NCBI RefSeq assembly: GCF_000143415.4
Contig: NW_003314293.1
Coordinates: 434,001 to 498,000 of the forward strand
Reading direction: 5' to 3'
Source: Selaginella moellendorffii
Taxonomy: Eukaryota; Plantae; Lycopodiophyta
DNA: 64,000 bases
Made by a program: the position numbers and the translations under genes
Notes under the pieces: model-generated
The model's database searches: none
The model's input: the letters and a program-made list of their open reading frames with translations, nothing else
Told to the model about the DNA's origin: nothing
Part shown: positions 26,901 to 39,109 of the stretch, in pieces
How positions within the stretch are numbered: position 1 is the first letter of the stretch
How the letters are laid out: every line of letters starts with the position of its first letter

Positions 26901-27415
26901 GAGGTATGCAAGTCGAGTCAACTTCAAGAGGTTCTCTTCCGGATGCATCATGGATAGTGTTGGGGTCGAGACCAAAGGTGTCCTAGGCATGCCAGAGAAG
27001 GTAAGAAATCATTTTTTGTTTTTGTTGTCTCTAAAGTTTTATTATTCAGGTTATGATGTGGACCTACCATGTGTTTTGCAAAAAAGAAAATGACGGTTTT
27101 CGTGATAGCGAGCTTGCTGCAAGGGTTTTGCCAGGGTATGATAGCTTCACTGACATCATACCAAATCTCATAGACGACGACATCCACAACACATTGTCTG
27201 GGTATCGGTTCCGATCTCCATCGACGATGCATGTCCTACTTGAGCTTTATTGCCCAACTAGGGGTGTTGTCATCGATTGCACAGCAGGTAGTGGTTCGAT
27301 GGTCGAAGCAGCACGTGACTCTGGTAGATCGGTGTTTGCGATTGAAGAATATGAGTTCTTCAAATGCCGTCTTCGAGGTTTTCGTCCTTCTCTATCAGTT
27401 GCTTCTAGGAGGTAA
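23926..27415 (+). pseudogene. Spliced ParB-like plus beta-class N6A/N4C DNA methyltransferase-like cargo gene (copy 2, nearly intact)
   Basis: FYIIDGNHRWCAW; NFMLFDMPDG; ELYCPTRGVVIDCTAGSGSMVEAARDSGRSVFAIE. About seven short introns at positions shared with copy 1; one apparent in-frame TAG near 25172. First exon not identified. Confidence 0.82.
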
Positions 27416-27844
27416 TTTATGATCTTTTAAAAACTTATAAATAATATATATTTAGTTTTTTAGAAGTCTTCCTAAGTATGCATGGCACATCATATGCAAT
27501 GTGTAAATTGAGGAGTGGTATGAAAAATCTATTTATTAATGATACATTAAAAGACAATTGAATGCATCCACTTGCAATGAGAAAGATGTGTCACATGTCA
27601 ATGTGATAATGATTGTGACACTGATAGTTTCAGTGCAGCAGATAGCGACAATGATAGTGTCAGTGTAAGAAATGACAAAGTTACAGTGTCAGTCTATCAA
27701 ATTTCATAATTACTAGTATTATCAGTTTATTATCTATAGGTAATACAATTTTGTCAATAAAAAAAAGGTGAGGGGGGGGGGGGGGGGGTAGGGGGAGGGG
27801 GATGAATAATATCATAGGGTATGAATTATTAGTGGCTGGAATTT

Positions 27845-28393
27845 TCAGTAGGATGGCCTAGAAATACCATATTCAACACTTGTGGATGTAGGATTTACTA
27901 ACGGAATATTGTTCCTCACCATGAAATGATAATGATTGTGTGTTCTTAACTCTTTCTTGATTTTCTTATACATCCATTTATGCACACCTTCCACACCAGT
28001 TCTTGGGCAGTTGTGACAGTGTTCTAGAAAAGTCTCTAGACCCATACAGCCTTCCGTTTTATCTAAATAAAAGTAGCAGATGGGACACTGGAGATAATAT
28101 GTGTTCATTCTTTCAAAAGTTTCAACCATATCGGGAGCAAGATCTTGAAGAAACATTTGGCATCGCTCTTGAAGCACATAAGGCAATCCATCTTTAGTAG
28201 CAACATTTAGAACATTATCTGGAAGAGGGATCTTTTGTTCAGTCACACTTGGGGCTACAAAAGAAAAAGCCTCACAACAATTGATGTATGGAGGGAACGG
28301 TGGAATGTTGGTAAAAGTTGGAGATGGAGGTGGAGACTCATATGAAATGCATGGGGGCCAAGTGCGAGTAGCAATAGCATTTTCCCTAGCCAT
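27845..28393 (-). CDS. Small Pro-rich plus zinc-finger-like cargo protein (182 aa)
   Basis: Intact ORF; YYLQCPICYF...GLETFLEHC...VHKWMYKKIKKEL. Confidence 0.75.
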   Translation of the reverse strand: MARENAIATRTWPPCISYESPPPSPTFTNIPPFPPYINCCEAFSFVAPSVTEQKIPLPDNVLNVATKDGLPYVLQERCQMFLQDLAPDMVETFERMNTYYLQCPICYFYLDKTEGCMGLETFLEHCHNCPRTGVEGVHKWMYKKIKKELRTHNHYHFMVRNNIPLVNPTSTSVEYGISRPSY

Positions 28394-28651
28394 TCCTACA
28401 CTCTAAACAAACTGAAATTTCAATGTTGAAAGCATCCCTTGTTGGTATTTATACTAAGAAAAGATCTAGGGGTTCTTGAAAGTTTAAATTGTCAGTCTCA
28501 AAAATGGGACTTCAAAATTATAACAGTGTCAGAACCACTTGTATATATAATAATATCTTTATACATGCTAGAATAATATCATTCTTGAAAATATAAGATT
28601 CTCCACTTTACTCATAAAGAATTAACCTTTTGAAAAAACTATGCATGACTT

Positions 28652-29203
28652 TCACATTACATTAAAGGGTGGCCTAAATATCCCATATTCAGCACTTACT
28701 GATGTAGTGTTCACCAATGGAATATTGTTCTCCACCATGAAATCATAATAGCTGTGTGTTTTTAATTCTTTCTTGATTTTCTTATACATCCACGCGTGCA
28801 CACCTTCCAAACCCGCTCTTGGGCATTTGCGACAATGCTCAATAAAATTTACCAAACCCATGCAACCATCTGTCTTGTTTAAATAAAAGTTGCATATAGG
28901 ACACTGAAGATAATATGTATTTACATTAATCTCCCCTGCCATATCTAGAGCAAGATCTTGAAGAAAATATTGACATCGCTCTTGAAGCATTGGAGGCAAT
29001 CCAACTTTTTTAACATCATAAGGAAGGAGTTTTTGTTTAGTTGCATTTGAGGTCGTAAATGGAAGAGCCTCACAACAACCCTCAAAATGAAAAGGAGGAT
29101 TGTTGTGTAGAGGTGAAGGTGGATTATTAGTTGAGATTGGAGATGGAGGTGGAGACTCATATGAGAAGCCTTCGGGACCAAAAGTAAACTTCTTCCTAAC
29201 CAT
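28652..29203 (-). CDS. Tandem paralog of the small zinc-finger-like cargo protein
   Basis: Intact ORF from ATG 29203; CPICNF...GLVNFIEHC...VHAWMYKKIKKEL. Confidence 0.75.
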   Translation of the reverse strand: MVRKKFTFGPEGFSYESPPPSPISTNNPPSPLHNNPPFHFEGCCEALPFTTSNATKQKLLPYDVKKVGLPPMLQERCQYFLQDLALDMAGEINVNTYYLQCPICNFYLNKTDGCMGLVNFIEHCRKCPRAGLEGVHAWMYKKIKKELKTHSYYDFMVENNIPLVNTTSVSAEYGIFRPPFNVM

Positions 29204-29644
29204 TGCAACACACAAGAAGAATTAAACTTCCTAGCAATAAGAATTCTCTTATTAATATACTATATTTCAATCTCGGGAATGATGTTTTATTATGACATGA
29301 CACTATAGTGAATGATAATTGTCAGTCTTAGTAATTACAACCTACTATGAGAAACAAGTGGCTATAGGGTTTCAGAAGCTAAAAACTAGCATATAATTAA
29401 TATGTAGCCTTATTTTATATAGTTGGCCTGCCATATATAATAATAGCGAATATACACAGGCACGCGAGTATGCCTTTTTGCAAGATTACCTTTCAATCCC
29501 AAAATCATATATAGATTTAATTCTTTGATTTGTCTACATCATATATCTTTGCAAAGACAAAACATATCAAAAGGAATAAAATATATATAAAAAACTTACA
29601 TTTTTTTATAATATTTTAGTGGATTACAAAAGCCATTGAAAGGT

Positions 29645-29891
29645 TTATAGAGTGGATTTATTAATGCTTTCCGTTGTGCTGTCCATTTCTTCTTTTCTCT
29701 TGCTCTAGATTGTTGTTTCGGAAGTAACAAGAGCATTTTTATCAATTAGTGACAGTGGTCTCTACATTCCCGGATGGGTAATAAGGACCAGGTGTGTAAT
29801 ATGGAGATTGTGGTAGTGAAACAAAATTCATATTCTCACATTTCTGTATGCTAGAACTACTTACAGATTTTGTGTCTTCCTTACTTCCCAT
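29645..29891 (-). pseudogene. Small ~80-aa ORF (SPYYTPGPYYP), copy 2, with stops
   Basis: Homologous to 11669-11918. Confidence 0.45.
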
Positions 29892-30679
29892 CTCTGTAAA
29901 CCCTAAAGAATGAATGAGTGAATCAGTGTTTCGAATTATTGATATAGTTCTGGTCAATTGTTTGAAATGTTGAAATGTACAATAGAAATTTCCAGTTCAT
30001 CGAACTTCAATATCCCATTTATTTGGGACCAATAAAGCCCAAAAATTTCTATGGGTTCAGACGAACTTCTAATTCTAGAAATTGTATAAACTGCATTAGA
30101 AAGATTCAAAAAATAAAAATCTCTCTAAACCATTGATACTTAAACTCATAAATTTCAAGTTCACCAAAGAATAACATTTTTCTAACTTAATATTTCCTTA
30201 TAAAACTTATCGTTGACTATGTTGACTAGCATTGACTTGAGCTGAATTGAGCTCAACTCGTGAGCTCAACTCAACTTTGGACCATCCCCGTATTGGAGGA
30301 GTTTGTTTCGTGTTGGTCTTTGGTACGTTTGATGATGAGTCTTGAGAGATTTGTTAGTCTCTAAGTCTTATTTTTGGTTAAAGTTCTTTAAGTTGTTTTT
30401 CTTCATATTGTTTCCTTGAGCTTGACTCTTCAAAATCTTTCTTGTGTTGGATTTTTGAACTTGAGCTTTGTATTTTTTGATTGTGTTGAGTTCTTGAGTT
30501 TGAACTTCGTAAACTTTGAATGTGTTGAACTCTTGAAATCAAGTGTTCATAATCTTGATCCCTTGGTCTTCATACTTGTAGCTCTTGTTGATGTTTTGCT
30601 TTTGAACTTTAAAGTTGAAACCTTTATTTTTTTCAAGGTTGCTATTGATGATGTTTGAGTTGTACAATTGGTATCTTTT

Positions 30680-30874
30680 TGTAAGCAACTAAAGGGAACG
30701 ACTCGAGAGATGATCCCTAGGGGTTCAAATATAAAGGGAAAGGGCTCATGAATAAAACTGCACCCTCTTTTCCAATTGATTAAGGGTTTTGGGATATTTG
30801 GGGTTAAGTGTCCTTGGGTTTGAATAGTATTAGGTTAAGTGACCTCCTGGGAAGTCTAAATTCAGGAGCTTACA
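30680..30874 (+). mobile_element. Solo LTR of the Cassandra-type TRIM
   Basis: TGTAAGC...GCTTACA, homologous to the LTRs at 3448 and 32412; no clean TSD. Confidence 0.85.
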
Positions 30875-31881
30875 TTCTTGAGTTTATTGAAGTTGATAGT
30901 TTGGAGATGTTTGCCATCAAGTGTTGCAATTGCTGTTGTTTCTGGAGTTTTGAATTCTTGGATGAGGAATGGTCCTTCCTATCTTGACTTCACTTTGGAG
31001 CCAATTTTCTTGATCTTTCCTCAAAACTGAAGTACTTGATCATTGATCTTGAATTTTTTATTTTTCTTTAATTTTTTCTTTTTGTTATGGTTGGCTTTTT
31101 GTCGAGCTTGAATGGCTTCGAGTGTTTAAATTTCTTGTAGTCTTTCTTCGTCAAGTTTTTCTAGCATTGTTAGTCTTCTCTTGATTGATTCTTCTTGGTT
31201 GATCTTGTAGTGTATTGCCATTTGCAGTGAAAGAACGATGTACTCAAGTGGTGTTAATGCTTCTAAGCCATAGGCAAATTTGAATAGTGTTGAATTTGTT
31301 GAAACCTTATATATGGTTCGATATGCCTATAGGGCATCGTGGATGCAATCATCCCAGTTTTTCTGATTTGTCTTCATGATTTTCTTAAGGATATTCTTGA
31401 GTGTCTTTTTTATAGACTCTACTTGATTGTTGCCTTGAGGGTAATATAGTGTTGAAGCCTTGTGCTTGATCATAAATTCTTGAGTTAGAATTTTGATGGT
31501 TTCATTGATGAATTGTGTTCCTCAATCTATGATGAGTTCTCGAGGTAGGCCGTATCTTGTGATAATATTTTCATAGATGAACTTTATTGTGTTCTTTGCT
31601 ATTACAATCTTATTAGTTGAGCTTTTGCCTATTTTGTCATGACGTCAATCACTATGAGGATGTGTTTATTTTCTTTGTAGCTTATTATGAGTGGTCCAAT
31701 GAAGTTAAGTCCCTATCATTGAAATGGTTCCTGTTGGATGAAGTTCTTGAGTTTGTTTCTTCAGTGTATACTTGGTTTGTTAACAAATGTTGCATTCTTG
31801 ACAAAATTTTGCTAAATCATGCTAAAGTGTTTGCCACTAAAGTCTTGCTTGCAAAATTTTTTGAGCTGTGATTTCTTCTGC

Positions 31882-32330
31882 TGAAAATTAGAAGAAATTC
31901 TAGTATAGTTAGGCCTGCGATTGCAACTAGCTATGCTAGTTTGTTGCTGTGGTTGCAAAATGACAAAGAGCTTTTGATGTCATTAATCTTGTATTGGTAC
32001 AATAATTCTTGCCCTAAAACAACCTACCAAACACACAAGTTAATTAGAAACTAACTTGAGACTTTCGATCCTCATGTGAGTGGTCATGAATAAAGATAAA
32101 CTTGACATTACTAGAATACTCCAAGTCTTGAGCAAATGGATGTGCATTGGTGATAAGCTAGAATATAATAGAGATATGGATAGGGGTCAAGTGCTAATTC
32201 TCCCCCTTAACTACTCCTCTATAGTGGCAACTGCCACTTCTTCCTGAGTCTTGACTATCAAGATTGTAACCTTAAATGTTAACATTGTAATTTTAAATAT
32301 CAAGAAAATGCTTGAATGTATGGTTAATTT
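31882..32330 (-). mobile_element. LTR-like fragment (family F)
   Basis: Reverse-complement homology to ~12760-13213, ending ...TTTTCA. Confidence 0.55.
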
Positions 32331-32411
32331 GTTCATATTGTTTGTTGGCTTGTTCATATTGTTTGCTAGGTTTATGAATAATCTTGAAGTTGTATTTCTA
32401 AAGCAGTAAGA

Positions 32412-33007
32412 TGTAAGCAACCAAAGAGAACGACTCGAAAGGTGATCGATAAGGGTTCAAATATAAAGGGAAAGAGCCCATGAATAAGAGTGCATCCCTT
32501 TTTCCAATCGGTTAAGGGTCTTGGGATACTTGGGATTAAGTGTCCTTGAGTTTGAATAGCACTGGGCTAGGTGACCTCCTAGGAAGTTCAAATTCATGAG
32601 CTCACATTTGGTATTAGAGAAGTCTTAAGTCTGACTCTGTTAGTTAGCTAGAGGAATCACACCACATGTTGATTTACATCTGGCAAGGGTCCAATGTGCT
32701 CCGGCTGGGCTTAACCCGAGGGGTAGGGTGTCAAGAGAGCAGGGCTCTCAGAAGAGCTGTGGTTTTAACTTTTGTTCACGAGGGTGTGAACTTGCAAAGA
32801 AGCGTGGTGGATTGTAAGTAACCAAAAAGAACAACTTGAAAGGTGATCCATAAAAATTCAAATATAGAGGGAAAGGACCTATGAATAAGAGTGCACCCCC
32901 TTTTCCAATCAGTTAAGGGTCTTGGGATACTTGGGGTTAAGCGTCCTTGGGTTTAAATAGTACTAGGCTAGGTGACTTCCCAGGAAGTCCAAATTTAGGA
33001 GCTTACA
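32412..33007 (+). mobile_element. Cassandra-type TRIM, older complete copy
   Basis: LTRs 32412-32606 and 32813-33007; TSD TAAGA; PBS-like TGGTATTAGAG; 5S-like segment. Confidence 0.9.
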
Positions 33008-33507
33008 TAAGAACCATCGAGCAATTCTACCAGTAAGGATGGTTTTGTTAAGGAGGTGTAGAAGTGCTTTGTGGTTTACCATGATCTTGACTTTGGTGCC
33101 AAGTAGGTAGTGTTAAAAATTTGGTAGTGTGTAAACTATTTCTAAAGCTTCTTTTTTATTGATGGTATAGTTTAGCTCAGTTGAGTTGAGTCTTCAGCTA
33201 GTATAGTAGATTGGTCGGTCTTTGAGGTCTTGTTGTTGTTGTTGAGAAAGTATTGCTCCAATAGGGTAGTTAGAGGTGTCAATTTATGTGTTGAAGTCTT
33301 TATCCCAGTTTGGTTGAACAAGTATTGGAGCTCTTGTTAATGAATTCTTGAATATGTTAAATACTTGCTAATAGTCTTGAGCCTAGTTGTAGATGTGATT
33401 TTTCTTCAAAAGCTCTATGAGGGGTTTTACAATTTTTGTGTAATCTTTTATGAAGAGTAAATGGTATCTCATTTTGCCGAAGAAGAATCGTAGTCTGGTG
33501 ATGTTTG

Positions 33508-34165
33508 TGTGAAACACAAATCTCTAATCCCCCAAGTGCAGCCAAAAAGATGCCATATAGTTGTGGTTAACGTGGAAGTCCAACAAGCGTAACATGTTTG
33601 GACTAAAGGCTCCAACTTGGAAAATCAAGAGTGGGAGTGGAACTCTAAATGAAGTGCTCAAGGGATGAGCATGAAGCAATCGATAGATAAGTCTCTAAAA
33701 AAATACATAGAAAAGACTGACACATGGCAAGTGTTGTGACACATGGAAGTGTTAAGAATGAGTTTCAGAAGGAGTCCTAGATAGAAGTCTGAGATGGAGT
33801 CCGATATGGACCCAAGATAGACCTGATATGAATCTGAGATGGACCCAAGATGAAGTCCAAGATGGACCCGAGATGGAGCCTGAGATGGACCCAAGATGCA
33901 GTCTGAGATGGAGTCCAAGATGGACCCGAGATGGAGTCCAAGGTTGAGTCCAAGATGAACTTGAGATGGAGTCCAAGATGGACCCATGATGGAGTTTGAG
34001 ATTAAGTTTGAGGTTGAGTCTGAGATGGACTTGAGATGGAGTCCAAGGTCAAGGCCGAGAAAGAGACTAAGACCAAGATCAAGACTAAGACCAAGTCCGA
34101 GTCTGAGTCCAAGTTCAAGTTTGAGTCCAAGGGTGAAAGCCCAAAGTAATCGTCTCCCAAACCCT
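33508..34165. mobile_element. Family D LTR, inverted, first part
   Basis: Reverse-complement homology to ~7448-8069, including the hexamer array. Confidence 0.75.
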
Positions 34166-34889
34166 TAATGCTCTATTTTGTTAAAGTGGGATTTATTCAG
34201 TAAAATGGTACTAGGTACAAATTTTCAAGTATTTGAAAATGACGTGAAATTATATGTTTTTTGTCTAGGGGCTAGACATATCTGGGGCATGGTGACTAGC
34301 ACGGTGACTTTGTGTCCAGACTGAGTCCATCTGGTTGTATAATAAATCTCATTGTCAAGGTGAACAAGCCGAATCTGAAGCTAAAGAAGAGCGATGGCAT
34401 GCGCGCACACACTATTTGTTTGTTCATTGAGTGTGTGGTGAGCTTTCCAAGATGAACGTCATTCCTATTAGCTAAACATATAACTTAATGGTGAGAACAT
34501 TTAGATATTATTCAATGTTATCTTTTTCTAACGAATCTAATTGTGAAGGTGTAGCAAGAGGTATTGCTAGTTTGGAGAAGTCATTTAACTCATTTGACCC
34601 TTAGTGTATTTTCATGAAACTAAATAACATTCATATTATTAAGGAATTTCTCTAGTACCTTTTTTTTACGACATAGAGGCTTGCATTTCTTTCAAAGGTG
34701 ATTTAGTAAAAGACCTGAGGGCACATGCCATTCTATTTCTTAGACCGGTATTAAGATATACTAGTGCAAAGGGAAAAAGGTATTTGGTGATCAAGTAAAT
34801 GGCATGAGGGCACACGCCATTATAAGCCTAAGCGCTAGTGGACACCTCCTTTTTGGTGTCACGCCTCACGCCATCACGCCATGCCATCA

Positions 34890-37788
34890 CGCCTCCTCTG
34901 ATTCAGATTCGGATTGTTCACCTTGAAATAAAATACATTAGAAACTTAATAAAGGAATATTAATGAATCTCACCTTGAACCCGGGTTATGAATGCTCTTG
35001 CTGCATCTCTTGCATGGTCTGGCAAGGTGATGGTGGCACTCTGCTTCTGCATCCAACCATGCACAACATTATCCACCGATATGCTCATGCTGGGATCCCT
35101 TGGATTCAGCACCCATCTCTTTTCTAGGCAATCCTTCGTATATCCGGAACTTGGCTTGAACCACTCCACAGTTACATTGAAGGAGTTAGTTTCCGCGTCC
35201 TCCTCTGCATCAGTGATGCAGCGCCCCACCCATATCATTTGTTTTTTATTACTGGGTCTGACAAGCACGACCATTCCTTTGCAGATCTGTACTGGATTGA
35301 ATGCTGAATCTGGCTTCTTGTTCCTCGGCCCACAATAGTGATCCTCAACATCGTTATCTGTTACTGCATTTCCAGAGGACATTGTTCCGCTACTATCTGG
35401 TGCTTTGGATTCTGGCCAAAAGGACTCTTCCAATTCTTCATATACAACCGGCCCATTTTGGATAGCAGATATAATCTTCTCCCAATATTCGAGCAAAGGC
35501 TTGCACCTCTTAAAATAGGATTCTCCACCAAACACCAACCCCCTCTTCCAGAAGGCAATATGCTGTCTAATCCCGGCCACTATACTTTCCTGGTCTTTGA
35601 GTCCATTCGGGTGCATCGGCCGTGGGGAACCCTGAGGAATCATAGGTTCCCCAGTTATGGGATTTCTCTTGAAGAGTTCAATGCCGTCCACTGGCAGCCA
35701 CACTGTGTCCCATTCTCTCATCTTGTACCTCATCACTGGAGCACCGTCACGCATGTTGAAATGAAACTGAAGAGGCTTGGAGTGGCCAATCAACGTTTCG
35801 GATCCGTCCCTGATGTAGCCTCTTACAAACCCCTTAAAGTCTGGAACCTCTGTCACAAGTGCAGCTTCAACAGTGCCTTTGATGCAATTTTGGAATTCAT
35901 CGTAGAGTTGTGGGAGGGTGAGGACATTGGATCGCCGGAGGGACTCTGCCAGGTGACTGAACATGGCATCGACATCTTCATGAGTGTGCCCAACCATGAG
36001 AAAGCCAAGTGTAACCGTTTCAAATATGCCTTTGGCAACAAGCATCGCCAAGTACGCGAAGACATACATGTTTTTGTTCTCACTGCCAGCATTGTCTGTT
36101 TGGAGCAGAAGATGGGGTGGAAGGCCACATCGGCCACAAGAACTTCCTTGAGATTCTGCTTCGTTTGGATGAGGCTGTGCATTCACCGGGCGACCAGCCT
36201 CGTTGGAACGAGGCCATGAGGCCTCACGTGATAACCCTACAATCTAATGGCCAACATATTCACTGGGATGGCATGGGGCCCCACGCGATACTGCAAGCCT
36301 TTGCTCCTCCTCCAGCTGAAACCTGTATGGGGTTCGATCGACAAGGGCCTTATGCAAGGGTTGGCCGTTCAGCTCAGTCTGCGCACTTTGCAAAAACCTT
36401 AAGTGTTTTGCTAGGGATGCAATCATCATGTTTGCACCCTCGCCACCCCATAGAGGTACAAAGAAGTTCCCATAGTTCTGGGCACCATGCCCATGAGTGA
36501 TTATGCCAAACAAAGACACAGGCAGCTGCATGGATGAAGAGATTGCCTTGGGGGCAGGATTGAGTCGAGGTAAGCACGTCTTTTTCTGGTCCATTTTGTC
36601 ATGGATGATGCAGAGGTAAGAGTCAGGTCTCTCCATGGAGAGAATCCTGCTATGATAATATGTAGTCCTGCAGCTTCTCTGCTCGATGTTGTGGTCGAGC
36701 CGCCTTCTAACCAATGTCTCTCGCTCTTGAGCGATGCAAGAATTCTTCGACAAAGCCATTTTGATAGCAGTGCACTCGTCACACTTTGAAAAGCTAGAGT
36801 ACTTTCCTATACTCACATCCCTGAACCTGTTGCTCCACAATCTACTAAATCTAGATTGGCTCAGCTTCCTGTAGCCATTACTCTGGAGTTCCCGATTCAC
36901 ATCTTCCAATATGGCCCCCTTGGTATACATGGAAGGGAGAACTCGTTGGGTGTCTCGAGTTCCATCTTCCAAGAGGCGGGTTTTATGTGGTTGCTGCTCG
37001 CTACATGTCTCGACAAACCTCTTGAAGATTGCCTCTTCATATACAACATGACCCCTGGTTTTGTGAGTACCGTCGTTCCTATAGACTGCCTGTTGAACCC
37101 TTTGTTCCTCGAACTCAGTTTTGATTCTGTAGAATGTGGTTCGAGGGACTCCATAAATGATTCTCCATGCCTTCATGCAGACCAAACCCCTCTGGAAGAC
37201 CATGCCCCCCACCTGATGTTCTGAAGCATCAACAGATGACCGTAATGCCTCATACACAAAATTGCGAGCTGCCTTCCAGGACAATGTCTTGTATCTTGCT
37301 CTCTCCTCTTCAATAGCATCCCAATTAGCATGTTAACAGCACCTCCTCTTGCAACAAGCAGCTGTCGAGACCATTTGAACCTCCATCGCCATTTTTTGCC
37401 TTTTTGGTTTGTTGCTCAGATCCCTTTGGCTGCACTTTAGGAAGGTGTACTTTCTTTTCCCATGAAGAGATGTTCTGTCATCAGTTGTAGTGGTGTTTGA
37501 TTGTGAATCCTTCACATTCTCAAACACTAAGTGCCTCAATTTCCACCACACAATGCTTCCAATAGTCAGACTGTTTTCTTCTGTGTCAACAACCTCTAAA
37601 ATCACAACTCCAATATCATCCCAGCCCAATTCTTGATTAGCAACCGCATCTCTTGGATCGACAACTATGGCTAAGCCCTCAGCTACCACCTCCCCCTCGG
37701 GGTTGTTTAGAAACACTTTTGCCTGAATCCATGTAGCACGGTTCTTAAGATCCACGGAGAGAACATGCGTCGCACTTGTGGAGGCCAT
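34890..37788 (-). pseudogene. Sola-like DDD transposase (one premature stop, spliced)
   Basis: FSKCDEC, IIHDKMDQKK, LQTDNAGSENKN and FLMVGHTHEDVDAMF motifs; stop at 37333; probable intron ~36199-36291. Superfamily assigned from recalled motifs. Confidence 0.75.
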
Positions 37789-39083
37789 TCTGAAAGTGCA
37801 GAAAAGAAGTTAAGACCATACAAAAAATGATTGGAGAATGGCCTAAATCATAACATACCAAACAACCTCAATAGCATGAGGCCACATGCCATTATTCAAA
37901 CATGCTATTGACACCCACGTGAAATTTTGCATTCACAAAATTGGCATGAGCCCTCATGCCATCTTGATATACACACAGCTGCAGGCAAGTAAAAACATAC
38001 ATGACAATACGCTAGCATTGAAATTGCAAGGGCCCAAGATGGCATGTGGCCTCATGCCATTTCTAAATGTGGTCCTAAGCCATTCCATGGTGAACATACC
38101 AGGAAGCACAAGTGCCGAATATCAAGAGGAAGCGGTAGCCACACCAAAGATAGTGCCGCTCGCAACACCGCAACTACTCGTAGCGCGGCTCGCAACACCG
38201 CAACTGCTCGTAGCGCCGCTCGCACAAACTGCCACTCGCATAAACTGCCGCTCGCAATGGCGCTCGCAATGCCGCAACCGCTCGTAGACGCATAAACCAC
38301 AGCTCACAACGCCGCTTACACAAGCAACGCTCACTGCGCTCAGCGGAACCAAGAACACGGCGCACAAAAATGATAGACTTAGGAATGAGTTCGAGAATTC
38401 AAAAATAACACACGCTTGAACGTCACATCAAATCCTCTAACAAACCAGATCTTATGATTCCTCTGAAAAATTTCAAACTGAGTAGCTTCTAGACTTTGCT
38501 GTCGGAGGTTGAACTTTGTCACATCATGTCCTTGCCTCGATCCAGCTGTGCCATGTCAGTGATTCGAACTTTGCCATGCCATGTCAGCGATCCGCGCCAA
38601 GATTATTCGCCGTGTAAAGGAATAATTATGCTGTGTGTGTACGTCCATTTATGGCAATATAAGACCACACGCCATTCAAAGAATAATGCTAGTCGAGCAT
38701 TTTTTGGTGCATTTTTGGGCTCAAAATTGCATGAGCCCACACGCTATAAAGTTTACCTGTACCAAAAATAGAAACAGCTTTATTTACTTGGGAATTTAAG
38801 TGGTTGAGGCATTTTTAAACTTACAAACACATGCCCTACTTACATTCCTTTGGTTGCTTAAAATTCAAAAATATTATAAACCTTTCTTTTTGCATTTTCA
38901 ATGTTTTCAATTATGGTTTTTGATTTTCGCAGGACCAGCCTAGTAATCTATTTGCATCCCGTCATGTTTATAGCTAGCTTTTGTTTGTCCCCTTCGCTAG
39001 CCTGAGATACATCTGCTCGGCATCTGCCTCTTACAGCATTTGCCCAGAAAGGGCATCTTTCTTCACGCAACATTTGCCACATG

Positions 39084-39109
39084 TTTAGGGTTTAGGGTTT
39101 AGGGTTTAG
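39084..39109 (+). repeat. (TTTAGGG)3 interstitial plant telomere repeat / telo-box cluster
   Basis: Directly visible; counterpart at ~63808-63833. Confidence 0.85.

Larger units (their letters stand above)
19365..30288 (-). mobile_element. MULE family A copy 2, left end lost
   Basis: Colinear with copy 1; right TIR ...TTTGGACCATCCC at 30288; homology stops abruptly at ~19365 inside the transposase. Confidence 0.8.
30880..33507 (-). pseudogene. Degenerate gypsy pol (RT thumb, RNase H, integrase), interrupted by a solo LTR and a TRIM
   Basis: Minus-strand translations NITRLRFFFG...FIKDY, ILTGRIARWFL, KYNFKIIHKP, TAQKILQA and an integrase YYPQGN motif; many stops. Confidence 0.75.

Noticed and set aside
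23926-27415. Bacterial or phage contamination as the source of the ParB-MTase
   Set aside because: The gene has spliceosomal introns and lies within a plant transposon nested among plant retroelements.
35338-36219. 293-aa plus-strand ORF and similar antisense ORFs
   Set aside because: Shadows of real genes on the opposite strand, with no motifs of their own.
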